DNA of 64,000 nucleotides from Pseudomonadales bacterium. Its GTDB lineage: Bacteria; Pseudomonadota; Gammaproteobacteria; Pseudomonadales; IMCC2047. The DNA is taken from NCBI GenBank assembly GCA_965230515.1, contig OZ246007.1:2585270-2649269 (forward strand). The letters run 5' to 3'. Below are positions 40,632 to 49,084 of the stretch, piece after piece (position 1 is the stretch's first letter; each line of letters begins with the position of its first letter). The position numbers and the translations under genes were made by a program. The notes beneath the pieces were generated by a model that was not told the DNA's origin, ran no database searches, and saw only the letters and a program-made list of their open reading frames with translations.

Positions 40632-41696
40632 ATGACACTTGATGCGCAAAAGATTGAGGAAACGGCCGACAAGGCTATCGGCTATTTATCCGGGGCGGCC
40701 GTCTCCGCCATGGTTTTTCTGGGGGATCAGCTTGGCCTCTATCGTACCTTACGTAAAGCGGGAAAAGTAAATAGTGTGGAGCTAGCGGCTCAAGCCGGGC
40801 TTGATGAGCGATGGGTGCGTGAATGGCTGCACAGCCAGGCCGCCGCCGGTTTGGTTGACTATCATGGTGATGGGCTTTATGAGTTGACCGCGGAACAGGC
40901 AGCGGTACTTGCGGATGAGGAGGATCCTAATTTTATGACCGGTGGATTTGCTTTGGTTTTTCCCCTTTTGCAGCAGCATGAAAGGCTCATCAGTTCTTTC
41001 CGTACCGGCCTCGGTGTGCCCTACAATGGTCTTGGTATTGATCACGCTGTTGGGGAAAGCCGGTTCAGCGCTCCCTGGTTAAAGTCGAACCTTGTTCCGG
41101 TGATCCTTCCAGGACTGGAAGGTGTTACAGGCAAGCTGACAAAGGGTGCAAAAGTTGCGGATCTGGGCTGTGGTTCCGGAACAGCGCTTCTCGAGATAGC
41201 CCGAGCGTATCCGCATTCACAATTCCACGGATATGACAGCGCTGAAGTAGCGATTGCCATGGCCAATCAACGCCTTACCGAATCGGGCTTGACTAACGTC
41301 ACCTTTTATCACGCCACGGCTGAGTCGATTACGGCAGATGCCTCCTATGATTTTATTCTCACCTGGGATTGCCTCCACGATATGCTTGACCCTCTGGCCG
41401 TAATGCGGGCTATCCGAAAGGCAGTAAAGCCGGACGGTTCCTGGCTGATCGTCGATATAAACGGCATGCCGACGCCGGAGGAGAACTATGAGCACCCACT
41501 GGGTGGATTCCTCTATGCCATTTCAGTACTGGATTGTCTTGCCTGCAGTACCTGCGAGAAGGACGGTGAAGCAATGGGGACATTGGGATTTCCAGAACCC
41601 GTAGCCAGAAAAATGACCCACGAAGCCGGTTTCACGCGATTCTCAGTTCATGACTTCGGTAATCCGGTAAATTCGTTTTATGAGGTCAGGCCCTGA
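40632..41696 (+). CDS. Class I SAM-dependent methyltransferase with N-terminal winged-helix-like domain
   Basis: Motif I VADLGCGSGTALLEIA and post-I/II motifs (FDFILTWDCLHDM, KPDGSWLIVD). Substrate unknown. Confidence 0.7.
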   Translation: MTLDAQKIEETADKAIGYLSGAAVSAMVFLGDQLGLYRTLRKAGKVNSVELAAQAGLDERWVREWLHSQAAAGLVDYHGDGLYELTAEQAAVLADEEDPNFMTGGFALVFPLLQQHERLISSFRTGLGVPYNGLGIDHAVGESRFSAPWLKSNLVPVILPGLEGVTGKLTKGAKVADLGCGSGTALLEIARAYPHSQFHGYDSAEVAIAMANQRLTESGLTNVTFYHATAESITADASYDFILTWDCLHDMLDPLAVMRAIRKAVKPDGSWLIVDINGMPTPEENYEHPLGGFLYAISVLDCLACSTCEKDGEAMGTLGFPEPVARKMTHEAGFTRFSVHDFGNPVNSFYEVRP

Positions 41697-41810
41697 GCAG
41701 GTGTGAGGGTGGGTGTCCATTTAGATTGTTTGAGCACAAAAAAGGTGCATCTTTTTTTATGCCAGAGTAGAAATAAATACGTTTTATTGCTTCCAATATG
41801 CTCATACAGG

Positions 41811-42658
41811 CTATCCTTGAAAAATGTTATCTCTGTGATAAGCAAGGAACTCCTGATGCGGAGCAAATTTTCCTGGCAATGCAATTAACTTGTTGTGATA
41901 GCTTTTAAGCGATGACTGAAAGAAGAAGTCGGTTTCGGAATTTTCAATATCCGACACCCTAATCGTCATATCATCGTTTATAGTGATAATGCCAAGATCA
42001 AAAGCCTTATCATGCAGCATAGAAAGTGATAGACCGTTTCTTGGATTAAGTCTGTTTGATGGATCTGACCTCCATGGGACAATATGACTGGCGACCAAAA
42101 GCCTTGGTATAGAAAGACCTGTTATGCAGCATCTATAGTTATATGCGCTTAAAACTGAACGCCTAAAAAACTCTGCCCTACACGCACTTTAGTTTCGGTT
42201 TCTTTGTCCAGACCGGTGTAATTGTCTTCATCTTTGCGGCTAGGGTCGATGGTGCCATATTCATACTCACTTGTTGCGATCTTAGTCATCACAGACGCTG
42301 ATTCGAGCACAAAATTTCCCCAATCATCTTGCATTTCTGCCCACATTTTTTTATCGGTAGTAGACGCACCAGAAAGGCCTTTGCGGCCTGTAGAAATAAT
42401 TGCGGGATCAAGGCTGGCAATATTGCTTAATTTCATTGCTAATGCAGAGGGGGTTCTACCTATCAGCGCTGCATATTTAATTATCTCAGGGTTTCGTGAG
42501 TGTAATTTTCCGAACGGCATCTGACAATACAGAGCAAACGCAATAAGCAACTGTTGTCTTGACCATCCTTTATTGGCCATACGAAGTGCCTGATAAGAAG
42601 AGGTTCTTTTCGTGGTGCATTTTTTAGAAATTATGTCCGCTTTTATTACCTTTTTCAA
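41811..42658 (-). pseudogene. HNH endonuclease (COG3183-like, HNH_2), disrupted by a 1-nt frameshift
   Basis: The N-terminal ORF (42149-42658) ends ...RVGQSFLGVQF*. Shifting frame at the A6 run 42165-42170 reads through as RVGQSFFRRSVLSAYNYRCCITGLSIPRLLVASHIVPW..NGLSL..LHDKAFD, a contiguous HNH domain. Confidence 0.65.
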
Positions 42659-42741
42659 TCATGCACGCAGGCTATCACTTATGATAATGCCGCTGACTGT
42701 CGAGACTCCCTCCAGCGCTTTTTCGGCTGCCGCTTCATCGA

Positions 42742-44010
42742 TTATTGGCTCAAAATCACGTCAACTGTCCTGGCAACGCCATCGACACGGTTTTGATACT
42801 CAGAAAGCTGCATCATATTCTTCTTATATGAGTTGTCATTCAATATGGTTTCTACTTTTGCCCTGATATCATGGGGATCTATATCATGCTTTATCAGCAT
42901 GATGCCTGCACCGTGTCTTTCCATCATGGCCACATTCAGGCCTTGCTCAACATGCAGTGGAATACCAACTAAAGGTGTTCCTGATGCGATGGCAGTCTGC
43001 ACACTGCCCTGTCCACCATGTATAACTGCGACATCAACCATTGGCATGACCTTGTGGGATGGCAGGTGGTCGACAACCAGGATATTGTCCTGACTGGTTT
43101 CTTTTATATGATGAACCGTCGTCAGGATGATGATTCTCGCATCCATATCCTTCAACCCTTCAAAGACTTTGCTGATGACATTGGATTGGCCGGAAGTCAG
43201 GGCTACGTAGATTTTCGGTTTATCCGTATCTAGAAAAGTTTTGATTTCCTCGCTGACTTCCCCGAACAATTTGGCATAAAGCGCCCCGCCATATCTGAGT
43301 TTTTCAGGATGATTATAGTACTTCTTATGTTTCTCAGCAGGTTTCCAGGCTTCCAGTTCTTCTTTTGGTATGGTCAGAATTTCAGGTACATCCGTGACAA
43401 CGGCCACATCACCCATCATGATTTCTTCCATGCTCATAAATGGTTTAAGTCCATATTTCAAAGCGACTTTATTGAAAGATTTGGTGTTTAACTTTGATTT
43501 GAACATGAGGTTATTGATCATGGTCACCAGCCAGGATTCTGGAATCAGTTTAAAGATTTTGAGATTCAAAACCAGGGTCGGAACAAGCATCTTTCTTTCA
43601 AAAACCGGTGGAACAAAAGACCCCAAATGGGTCACATAATAGGTAATTCCTGATGCTCTAGATGAAATAGCGCAGGATAACGTGAAGCCTGTAATCACTT
43701 TTGCGATCTTCTCCTCTTTGAAGAACGCCATCTCGTGGGCAACGTGCTGATCAAGCTCCTCTACTGAATAGAACTCCGAAAGACCTTTCTCACCTGTGTT
43801 GGTCAGCACGAACTCTTTTGCTCTCTGGTCCGTGAAGTATGGTTCCACTCTGGTGTATGCAATACCTTTATCATCGAGTAGCCATTCATAAGGCCCACCG
43901 TGAGTCGCCATGATGACATCTTCACCACGCTTTTTCATTTCTTCGTAAAGCGCGATCATCCTTGACGTCTCAGATAGATAGGCACAATTGGGGAATGTAC
44001 ATATTCTCAT
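42742..44010 (-). CDS. GT1 family glycosyltransferase (UDP-glycosyltransferase, MGT/CrtX-like)
   Basis: C-terminal UDPGT signature (VAVIHGGQGSVQTAIASGTPLVGIPLHVEQGLNVAMMERHGAG). The ATG at 44010 is preceded by AGGAGGA. The upstream in-frame extension has no support. Confidence 0.8.
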   Translation of the reverse strand: MRICTFPNCAYLSETSRMIALYEEMKKRGEDVIMATHGGPYEWLLDDKGIAYTRVEPYFTDQRAKEFVLTNTGEKGLSEFYSVEELDQHVAHEMAFFKEEKIAKVITGFTLSCAISSRASGITYYVTHLGSFVPPVFERKMLVPTLVLNLKIFKLIPESWLVTMINNLMFKSKLNTKSFNKVALKYGLKPFMSMEEIMMGDVAVVTDVPEILTIPKEELEAWKPAEKHKKYYNHPEKLRYGGALYAKLFGEVSEEIKTFLDTDKPKIYVALTSGQSNVISKVFEGLKDMDARIIILTTVHHIKETSQDNILVVDHLPSHKVMPMVDVAVIHGGQGSVQTAIASGTPLVGIPLHVEQGLNVAMMERHGAGIMLIKHDIDPHDIRAKVETILNDNSYKKNMMQLSEYQNRVDGVARTVDVILSQ

Positions 44011-44060
44011 AGCATCCTCCTGGCTCTGAATGGCATTCAATATCAATTCCTTTTTAACAT

Positions 44061-44098
44061 AGGTAACGGAGGGATAAAAATAAATCCCTCCGTTACCT
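44061..44098. promoter_or_regulatory. Perfect 15-bp inverted repeat (8-nt spacer) in the divergent GT / PilZ-terpene-synthase intergenic region
   Basis: aggtaacggagggat (44061-44075) and atccctccgttacct (44084-44098) are exact reverse complements. Lies about 50 nt upstream of the GT start codon. It is either an operator or a 5'-UTR hairpin. Confidence 0.4.
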
Positions 44099-44229
44099 GT
44101 TAGCCTCAGCTTGCGAATCATCAACAGGGCGATTATTCTCCTTAGTGCCCTGTGAGAACAGTTTCAGGAATGGAGATGAACTGTTCCGGGCAAGGTATTT
44201 TCAATTGCAGAACACCACCAGGAGAACTG

Positions 44230-45588
44230 ATGAACACGAACAACCGCAAGGGTGAGCAGAGATCCGGAGGGGGCTCTGAGCAACGGAAAAAACCACGTAT
44301 CGGACTTTCTATGCCGGCTCGACTGCTGCTTTCTGATGGTACGGTCTCAGACTCTGTGTCAGTCAATATTTCAGAAGGTGGATTGTTTATAGCTACAGAA
44401 GTCTCTCCGGAATTGGGTGAGCGTATCGGGGTGGAGATCCTGTCTCTTGCGGGGGAGGTTGTCATTCGTGGTGAGATCCTGGTCTGCTGGCAATTACTGG
44501 AGGGTACTGAAGAGTGCCCAAGGGGAGTTGGCGGTGCATTTACCGAGGCTGTCCTAAGGAGTCAACATGAGATTGAATCAGTTATATTCTCGGCCTTTCA
44601 GCGAGATAAGACCCTTGGGTTTCTACAAGAGTTGTTAGGTTCTCCCCGGCTGATTGAGGATATTTCAACCATTCAGCGTATTGAACTGTCCGATGAGATA
44701 CAGCGCTTTATCAAGGCTTATGGTGAACAGGGTCAAAGGGATGAGTTTATTTGGAAATGGGTCTATCAGGGACTCCGCCTCACCGCTCTGAACTCTGTGA
44801 ATGAGGGATTGTGGCAGAAAGTCCAGTCCACCAAACTTCTGGGCGTGATGTTTGATGTGATGCTCGATGATGCTGCCGATCAGATTCAGGATGAAGACCT
44901 GGTGGAGCAGATGCTGTTGATCCCGTTCGAGAGCGGGTTTATCGATAAGCGAAGGGTGCCGTCCGAGTATCTGGGGTACCTGGAATTCACCGTAGGTCTG
45001 TGGCAGGAGATCGAGCATAGCACCAGGGGGTTGCCGCGATTTTCAGAGTTCGAGAAACTGCTTATCTTCGACTATCGACAACTGCTTAATTGCATGCGCT
45101 ATGCACTGGTGGTGAATAATGACCCGCGCTGCATGAATCTGGCTGAGCATGATCTCTATCAGCCGCATAATATGCACATGATGGTAAATGCTACCATAGA
45201 CCTGATGGCATCACCGGAGTTTGATTCCCGGGAAACGGGTACTCTTCGAGAGATTATATGGAACGCCCAGGTGATGGGGCGGATAGGTAATGCCGTCACC
45301 ACCTGGCAACGGGAGATAAAAGACCGGGACTTCACCAGCGGGATCTTTGCCGTGGCCCTCGGAAAAGGTGTGTTGACCGCAGACGACCTTATAAACAGTG
45401 ATGTCAGTACCATCGAGCAGAAGATTCTCGGCGCGCATCTTGAGGATGAGCTGTTGCTGGAGTGGGGGAAACGCAGGGACTACCTTATCGAGTTAGCTCC
45501 GAGACTCAGGACAGTTGATATTCATGGACTGATTGGCGGACTTGAGCAACTGATTGCCATTCATCTCGGTAGTCGGGGGCTTAAATAG
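44230..45588 (+). CDS. PilZ domain fused to a class I terpene synthase-like domain
   Basis: AGGAGA SD before the ATG at 44230. PilZ motifs RKKPR (RxxxR) and NISEGG ((D/N)xSxxG) lie 22 aa apart (27 aa from first R to N). The C-terminal helical domain has DDAAD (DDxxD), and 141 residues downstream NAVTTWQRE fits the N..(S/T)...E metal-binding triad. The function is inferred from motifs only. Confidence 0.55.
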   Translation: MNTNNRKGEQRSGGGSEQRKKPRIGLSMPARLLLSDGTVSDSVSVNISEGGLFIATEVSPELGERIGVEILSLAGEVVIRGEILVCWQLLEGTEECPRGVGGAFTEAVLRSQHEIESVIFSAFQRDKTLGFLQELLGSPRLIEDISTIQRIELSDEIQRFIKAYGEQGQRDEFIWKWVYQGLRLTALNSVNEGLWQKVQSTKLLGVMFDVMLDDAADQIQDEDLVEQMLLIPFESGFIDKRRVPSEYLGYLEFTVGLWQEIEHSTRGLPRFSEFEKLLIFDYRQLLNCMRYALVVNNDPRCMNLAEHDLYQPHNMHMMVNATIDLMASPEFDSRETGTLREIIWNAQVMGRIGNAVTTWQREIKDRDFTSGIFAVALGKGVLTADDLINSDVSTIEQKILGAHLEDELLLEWGKRRDYLIELAPRLRTVDIHGLIGGLEQLIAIHLGSRGLK

Positions 45589-46119
45589 TCAGTTTGTCGG
45601 ATCGGCCTCTAGGATTTTATGTGCTCAAAACCCCTGGTTATTAAGAGTAAAGCACAAATGTGTCGGTATTTCCGGGGAATACCGACATAAAAACCGCACG
45701 TGTCGATGACATAGGTATATTGCCTGTTTGAGGTCTAATAAGGTGAGCGAGTCTAGAGTTTTTCTATTTTTAATAAAGTCGGTAACATAGGTGATGGGTT
45801 GCCCGGGTTTCGGGATTTGCCTCAGGAGGCCGGTGGTTCGGGCGGCGCTACCCGAAAAATCGTTATCCGTTCCCTGCACAACGCACTGAGTGCAATAGCA
45901 AACCTTCGAAAAAAGTGGTTATCTGATTGCGAGTTTCACGCACAGTTAATTCGGACGGATGCGGCATTCAGGTCTTGGCCCCGAATGTCAGCGGACACAC
46001 CAAGACCCTATTAGAAATTTAAAGGCAAAGAAGTTATCGGTTTACGCTCAAAATCAAATCCACTCCAAAATCAGAAGGTCGGGGTCACTTGAGAATACCT
46101 GCTTCGATTTGTGGGGTCG

Positions 46120-46977
46120 TTACCCGGATCGCTTAGTCAATCGCCGGCCTGTCAGGGACATAAATGCAAATGCCAGCAAAATCAAGCCCCATTGGGAAAG
46201 CGCAGGGACGCTTGCCGCTGCCACTGCTGCCGCCGCGGCATCGGGATCGAAGGCCAATCCATAGATAACCCGATCCCCCCCTCCGACAGGACCCACCGCC
46301 GTGCCCGCCCCGGTACTGGTGTTGATGACGTACAATGTGTCGGTTGAATCTACCGCGTACAGCGTGTTGGTGTTTGCGTCAAACGCCAGGCTCTCGTTTG
46401 CGTTGAAGCCCAGCGGGCCGATGTCCGTTCCCGCCCCGGTTGTCGTGTTGAACCTTACCAGTTGGTCGGGAACGTCCTCTCTCAGGCCATACAGCGTATT
46501 GGTATTCGGATCGAACGCCAGCGACCGTATAAAAGAATCGCCGCCCACAGCACCGATGTCGGTACCGGCACCGGTCGTCGTGTTGACGGTCAGGAGCCTG
46601 TCGTTCCCGTTGTCGGCCTCCGCCGCGTAAAGGGTATTAGTGTTGGGGTCGAATGCCAGGCCCTCGACATTGGTGTAGCCCAGGGGGCCGATGACGGTAG
46701 ATGCGCCAGTTGACCGATTTATGGTCACCAGCACCTCCGAGGCCGGCTCCTCGAACACCGCGTACAGTGTGTTGGTGTTGGGGTCGAACGCCATCGCATT
46801 CACGGTATCGCTAAGCGGCGCGACATCGGAGGCGGCCCCGGTACTCGTGTTGATGGTGAGAAGTCGTAAGCTATTGAGGTCGTCGGAACCGTAGAGCAGG
46901 CCTTGGCCCTGGGCCTGAGCGACCATACCTATCGCCAAGATCAATCCTGTTGGCAGGAATAAAGATGGAAAGCGCAT
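46120..46977 (-). CDS. Secreted beta-propeller-type repeat protein with IPTL-CTERM/PEP-CTERM-like sorting tail
   Basis: AGGGAGGAG SD before the ATG at 46977. Signal peptide. Five to six ~44-aa repeats (AFDPNTNTLYA...N.TTGAGT.IGP.G). C-terminus is VPALSQWGLILLAFAFMSLTGRRLTKR: motif, TM segment, basic cluster. Confidence 0.65.
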   Translation of the reverse strand: MRFPSLFLPTGLILAIGMVAQAQGQGLLYGSDDLNSLRLLTINTSTGAASDVAPLSDTVNAMAFDPNTNTLYAVFEEPASEVLVTINRSTGASTVIGPLGYTNVEGLAFDPNTNTLYAAEADNGNDRLLTVNTTTGAGTDIGAVGGDSFIRSLAFDPNTNTLYGLREDVPDQLVRFNTTTGAGTDIGPLGFNANESLAFDANTNTLYAVDSTDTLYVINTSTGAGTAVGPVGGGDRVIYGLAFDPDAAAAAVAAASVPALSQWGLILLAFAFMSLTGRRLTKRSG

Positions 46978-47496
46978 TTTCTTAGCTCCTCCCTTGTAAT
47001 TTTTTTCGTACGCCCTAATTTTATATTTTTCTCGCAAATTTGCAATCAATTTGGACGAACGACCAGGGTTGTCAGCCCCCAGTTTTTTCTATCTGCGTCG
47101 GGTGCTTGGGGTTGGGTGAGTGCCATTGGACTCGCACCCCTTTATTCCTGTGCCAATGCCTTGTTGATCCGCAAAGACTTCGGGATTATCCAAAGTAAAA
47201 ACGACATGGCTATTCTTTTTCCTCCAGAGTCCCGGACAGGTATTATCCCTATTCGGCACTTGATGAGGTGCTTTCGGTTAAGAGAGATCTTTCACTGCCA
47301 GTGGATTTTGTATCTATCCGTTTCAAGAAGGGGAATAGGAAGAAAAAACACCCTGTTGGGCATTAACAATGCAAACACTGATCTCGGTTTTCTGCCTCTT
47401 TCTTGTCTCTTAGTAGTTACTCTGGGTGGAAAACAGGCGGATTTTTACCGGCTTTGACTTGAACAGCACAGCATATAAAAAATTGAAGTTCTGAGA

Positions 47497-47514
47497 TGGT
47501 GCCAGGAGAGGACT
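47497..47514. repeat. Partial copy of the tRNA-Leu 3' end (distal att-like junction)
   Basis: tggtgccaggagaggact matches tggtgcccaggagaggact at 54237-54255 apart from a 1-nt deletion. Confidence 0.65.
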
Positions 47515-47655
47515 CCTACTATTTTTATAACCAATTGATTTTGCATAAATTATAGATGTTCTGAATTTTTCCGAGTTACGAGTAGTGTTGCATATTGAGC
47601 CAGCCGCTTAACCAGTAATCAATCTGCTAGCTGCAATTTGCATAAGAAATAATGA

Positions 47656-47690
47656 TTTTCTATGCATGCAATAAAAATATGCATAGAAAA
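47656..47690. promoter_or_regulatory. Operator-like inverted repeat upstream of fic
   Basis: TTTTCTATGCAT - 11 nt - ATGCATAGAAAA is a perfect 12-bp inverted repeat. A third half-site, GCATAGAAA, lies at 47722-47730, just before the fic ATG. Confidence 0.5.
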
Positions 47691-47745
47691 TAAGAATAAA
47701 TATACATATACTGCTTCATGTGCATAGAAACGGCCGGAAATTAAC

Positions 47746-48852
47746 ATGGCAGTTAGCCTCAATTCAGATGATACCAATCTAGCCCCCTTGCCCTTAGCGG
47801 GTGAAAGCAGTTTGGAATCAGTCGCGCTGCTCAAGCAAGTAGCGCAGGCGCATCGCTATCTGGCAGAGCTGAAAGGGGTCGCCAAGACTATTCCCAATGA
47901 GGCGATTTTGATTTCTACCTTGAGCATGCAGGAAGCCAAGGACAGTTCTGCCATTGAGAACATCTTCACCACACATGACCAGTTGTTCCAGTCACAAGTG
48001 CTGGGTGGTCAGCAGGTCAGTCAGGCCACAAAGGAAGTCGAGAATTATCAGCGCGCTTTGTGGGAAAGCTACCAGCAAACCAAAATGTCTGGGCTGATTC
48101 GCTTGAACGATATACTGGCTACCCAGGAAATTGTTGAGCCTAACAAGCCGGGGCTAAGAAAAATTCCTGGTACAGTGATTGGCAATGCTAATACCGGGCA
48201 GGTTATTTATAGGCCACCCCAGCATCCTGACGATATACAGTTGTTGATGGCCAATCTGGTTGAATATATCAACGATGAATCGCTCTCAGAGCTTGACCCA
48301 TTGGTCAAAATGGCGATCATTCATCACCAGTTTGAGAGCATCCATCCGTTTTATGATGGTAATGGGCGAACGGGGCGTATTCTGAATATCCTGTACCTGG
48401 TAAAAAACCAGCTTCTGGATTTGCCGATACTCTACCTGAGTCGCTATATCGTCGAGACCAAAAGTGACTACTATAGCCTGTTGCAATCGGTCAGAGAGAA
48501 GGGCGATTGGGCTGGTTGGGTAAGCTATATAGTCAAAGGTATTGAAGTAACCGCGAAGGAAACGATTGAGTTTATATATCAGATGCATGATCTGATATTG
48601 GTCACCAAGCAACGTATGCGTACAGAGCTTCCTAAAATATACAGCCAGGAATTGCTGAATAACTTATTCTTCCATCCGTACACCAAAGTACAATTCGTGA
48701 TTGATCAATTGGGTGTTACCCGCATCACCGCCACTAAATACCTTGAAGCTCTGACAGAAAAAGGCTTTGTAAATAAGCATAAGGTGGGGCGTAATAATTA
48801 CTATATTAATGAGCCGTTGGTTCGGTTAATTATGAAGCAAGAAGAAGGATAG
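47746..48852 (+). CDS. fic: Fic family protein (AMPylase-type) with N-terminal inhibitory helix
   Basis: Fic motif HPFYDGNGRTGR. SxxxEN inhibitory motif (SSAIEN) in the N-terminal domain. C-terminal winged-helix region. Confidence 0.9.
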   Translation: MAVSLNSDDTNLAPLPLAGESSLESVALLKQVAQAHRYLAELKGVAKTIPNEAILISTLSMQEAKDSSAIENIFTTHDQLFQSQVLGGQQVSQATKEVENYQRALWESYQQTKMSGLIRLNDILATQEIVEPNKPGLRKIPGTVIGNANTGQVIYRPPQHPDDIQLLMANLVEYINDESLSELDPLVKMAIIHHQFESIHPFYDGNGRTGRILNILYLVKNQLLDLPILYLSRYIVETKSDYYSLLQSVREKGDWAGWVSYIVKGIEVTAKETIEFIYQMHDLILVTKQRMRTELPKIYSQELLNNLFFHPYTKVQFVIDQLGVTRITATKYLEALTEKGFVNKHKVGRNNYYINEPLVRLIMKQEEG

Positions 48853-49084
48853 TCAGTTTTGAAGGATTATGAAATCTCTCCCCCCGGAACTACCGCATTT
48901 AATAACTCATTCATAGGGCTTTCTTTTTTATAGGAAGCGGTAACAGCAAATGCTGCATCGCTTCCTTGCACCCATGTTTGAATATTAGCTACGCGCCTGT
49001 TGGTCACAGGTAATCGCTTTCTCAGAATTAAGCCACGTATTTATCAATATTATACGTCGCTGTGTATCTTAATTATTCGTTAAC

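Noticed and set aside
41740-41760. A7-gtgcat-T7 hairpin-like sequence between the methyltransferase and HNH genes
   Set aside because: The stem would be pure A:T and unstable. It is not convincing as a bidirectional terminator.
45625-46264. Small ORFs (71-101 aa) in the 530-bp gap after the terpene-synthase-like gene
   Set aside because: None has a ribosome-binding site or a recognisable motif. The gap is better explained by the palindrome module and possible island-junction debris.
46301-46894. Several 67-109-aa plus-strand ORFs with repetitive sequence
   Set aside because: They are antisense shadows of the DNA-level repeats in the beta-propeller gene. Only the minus-strand frame has a signal peptide, an SD and a sorting tail.
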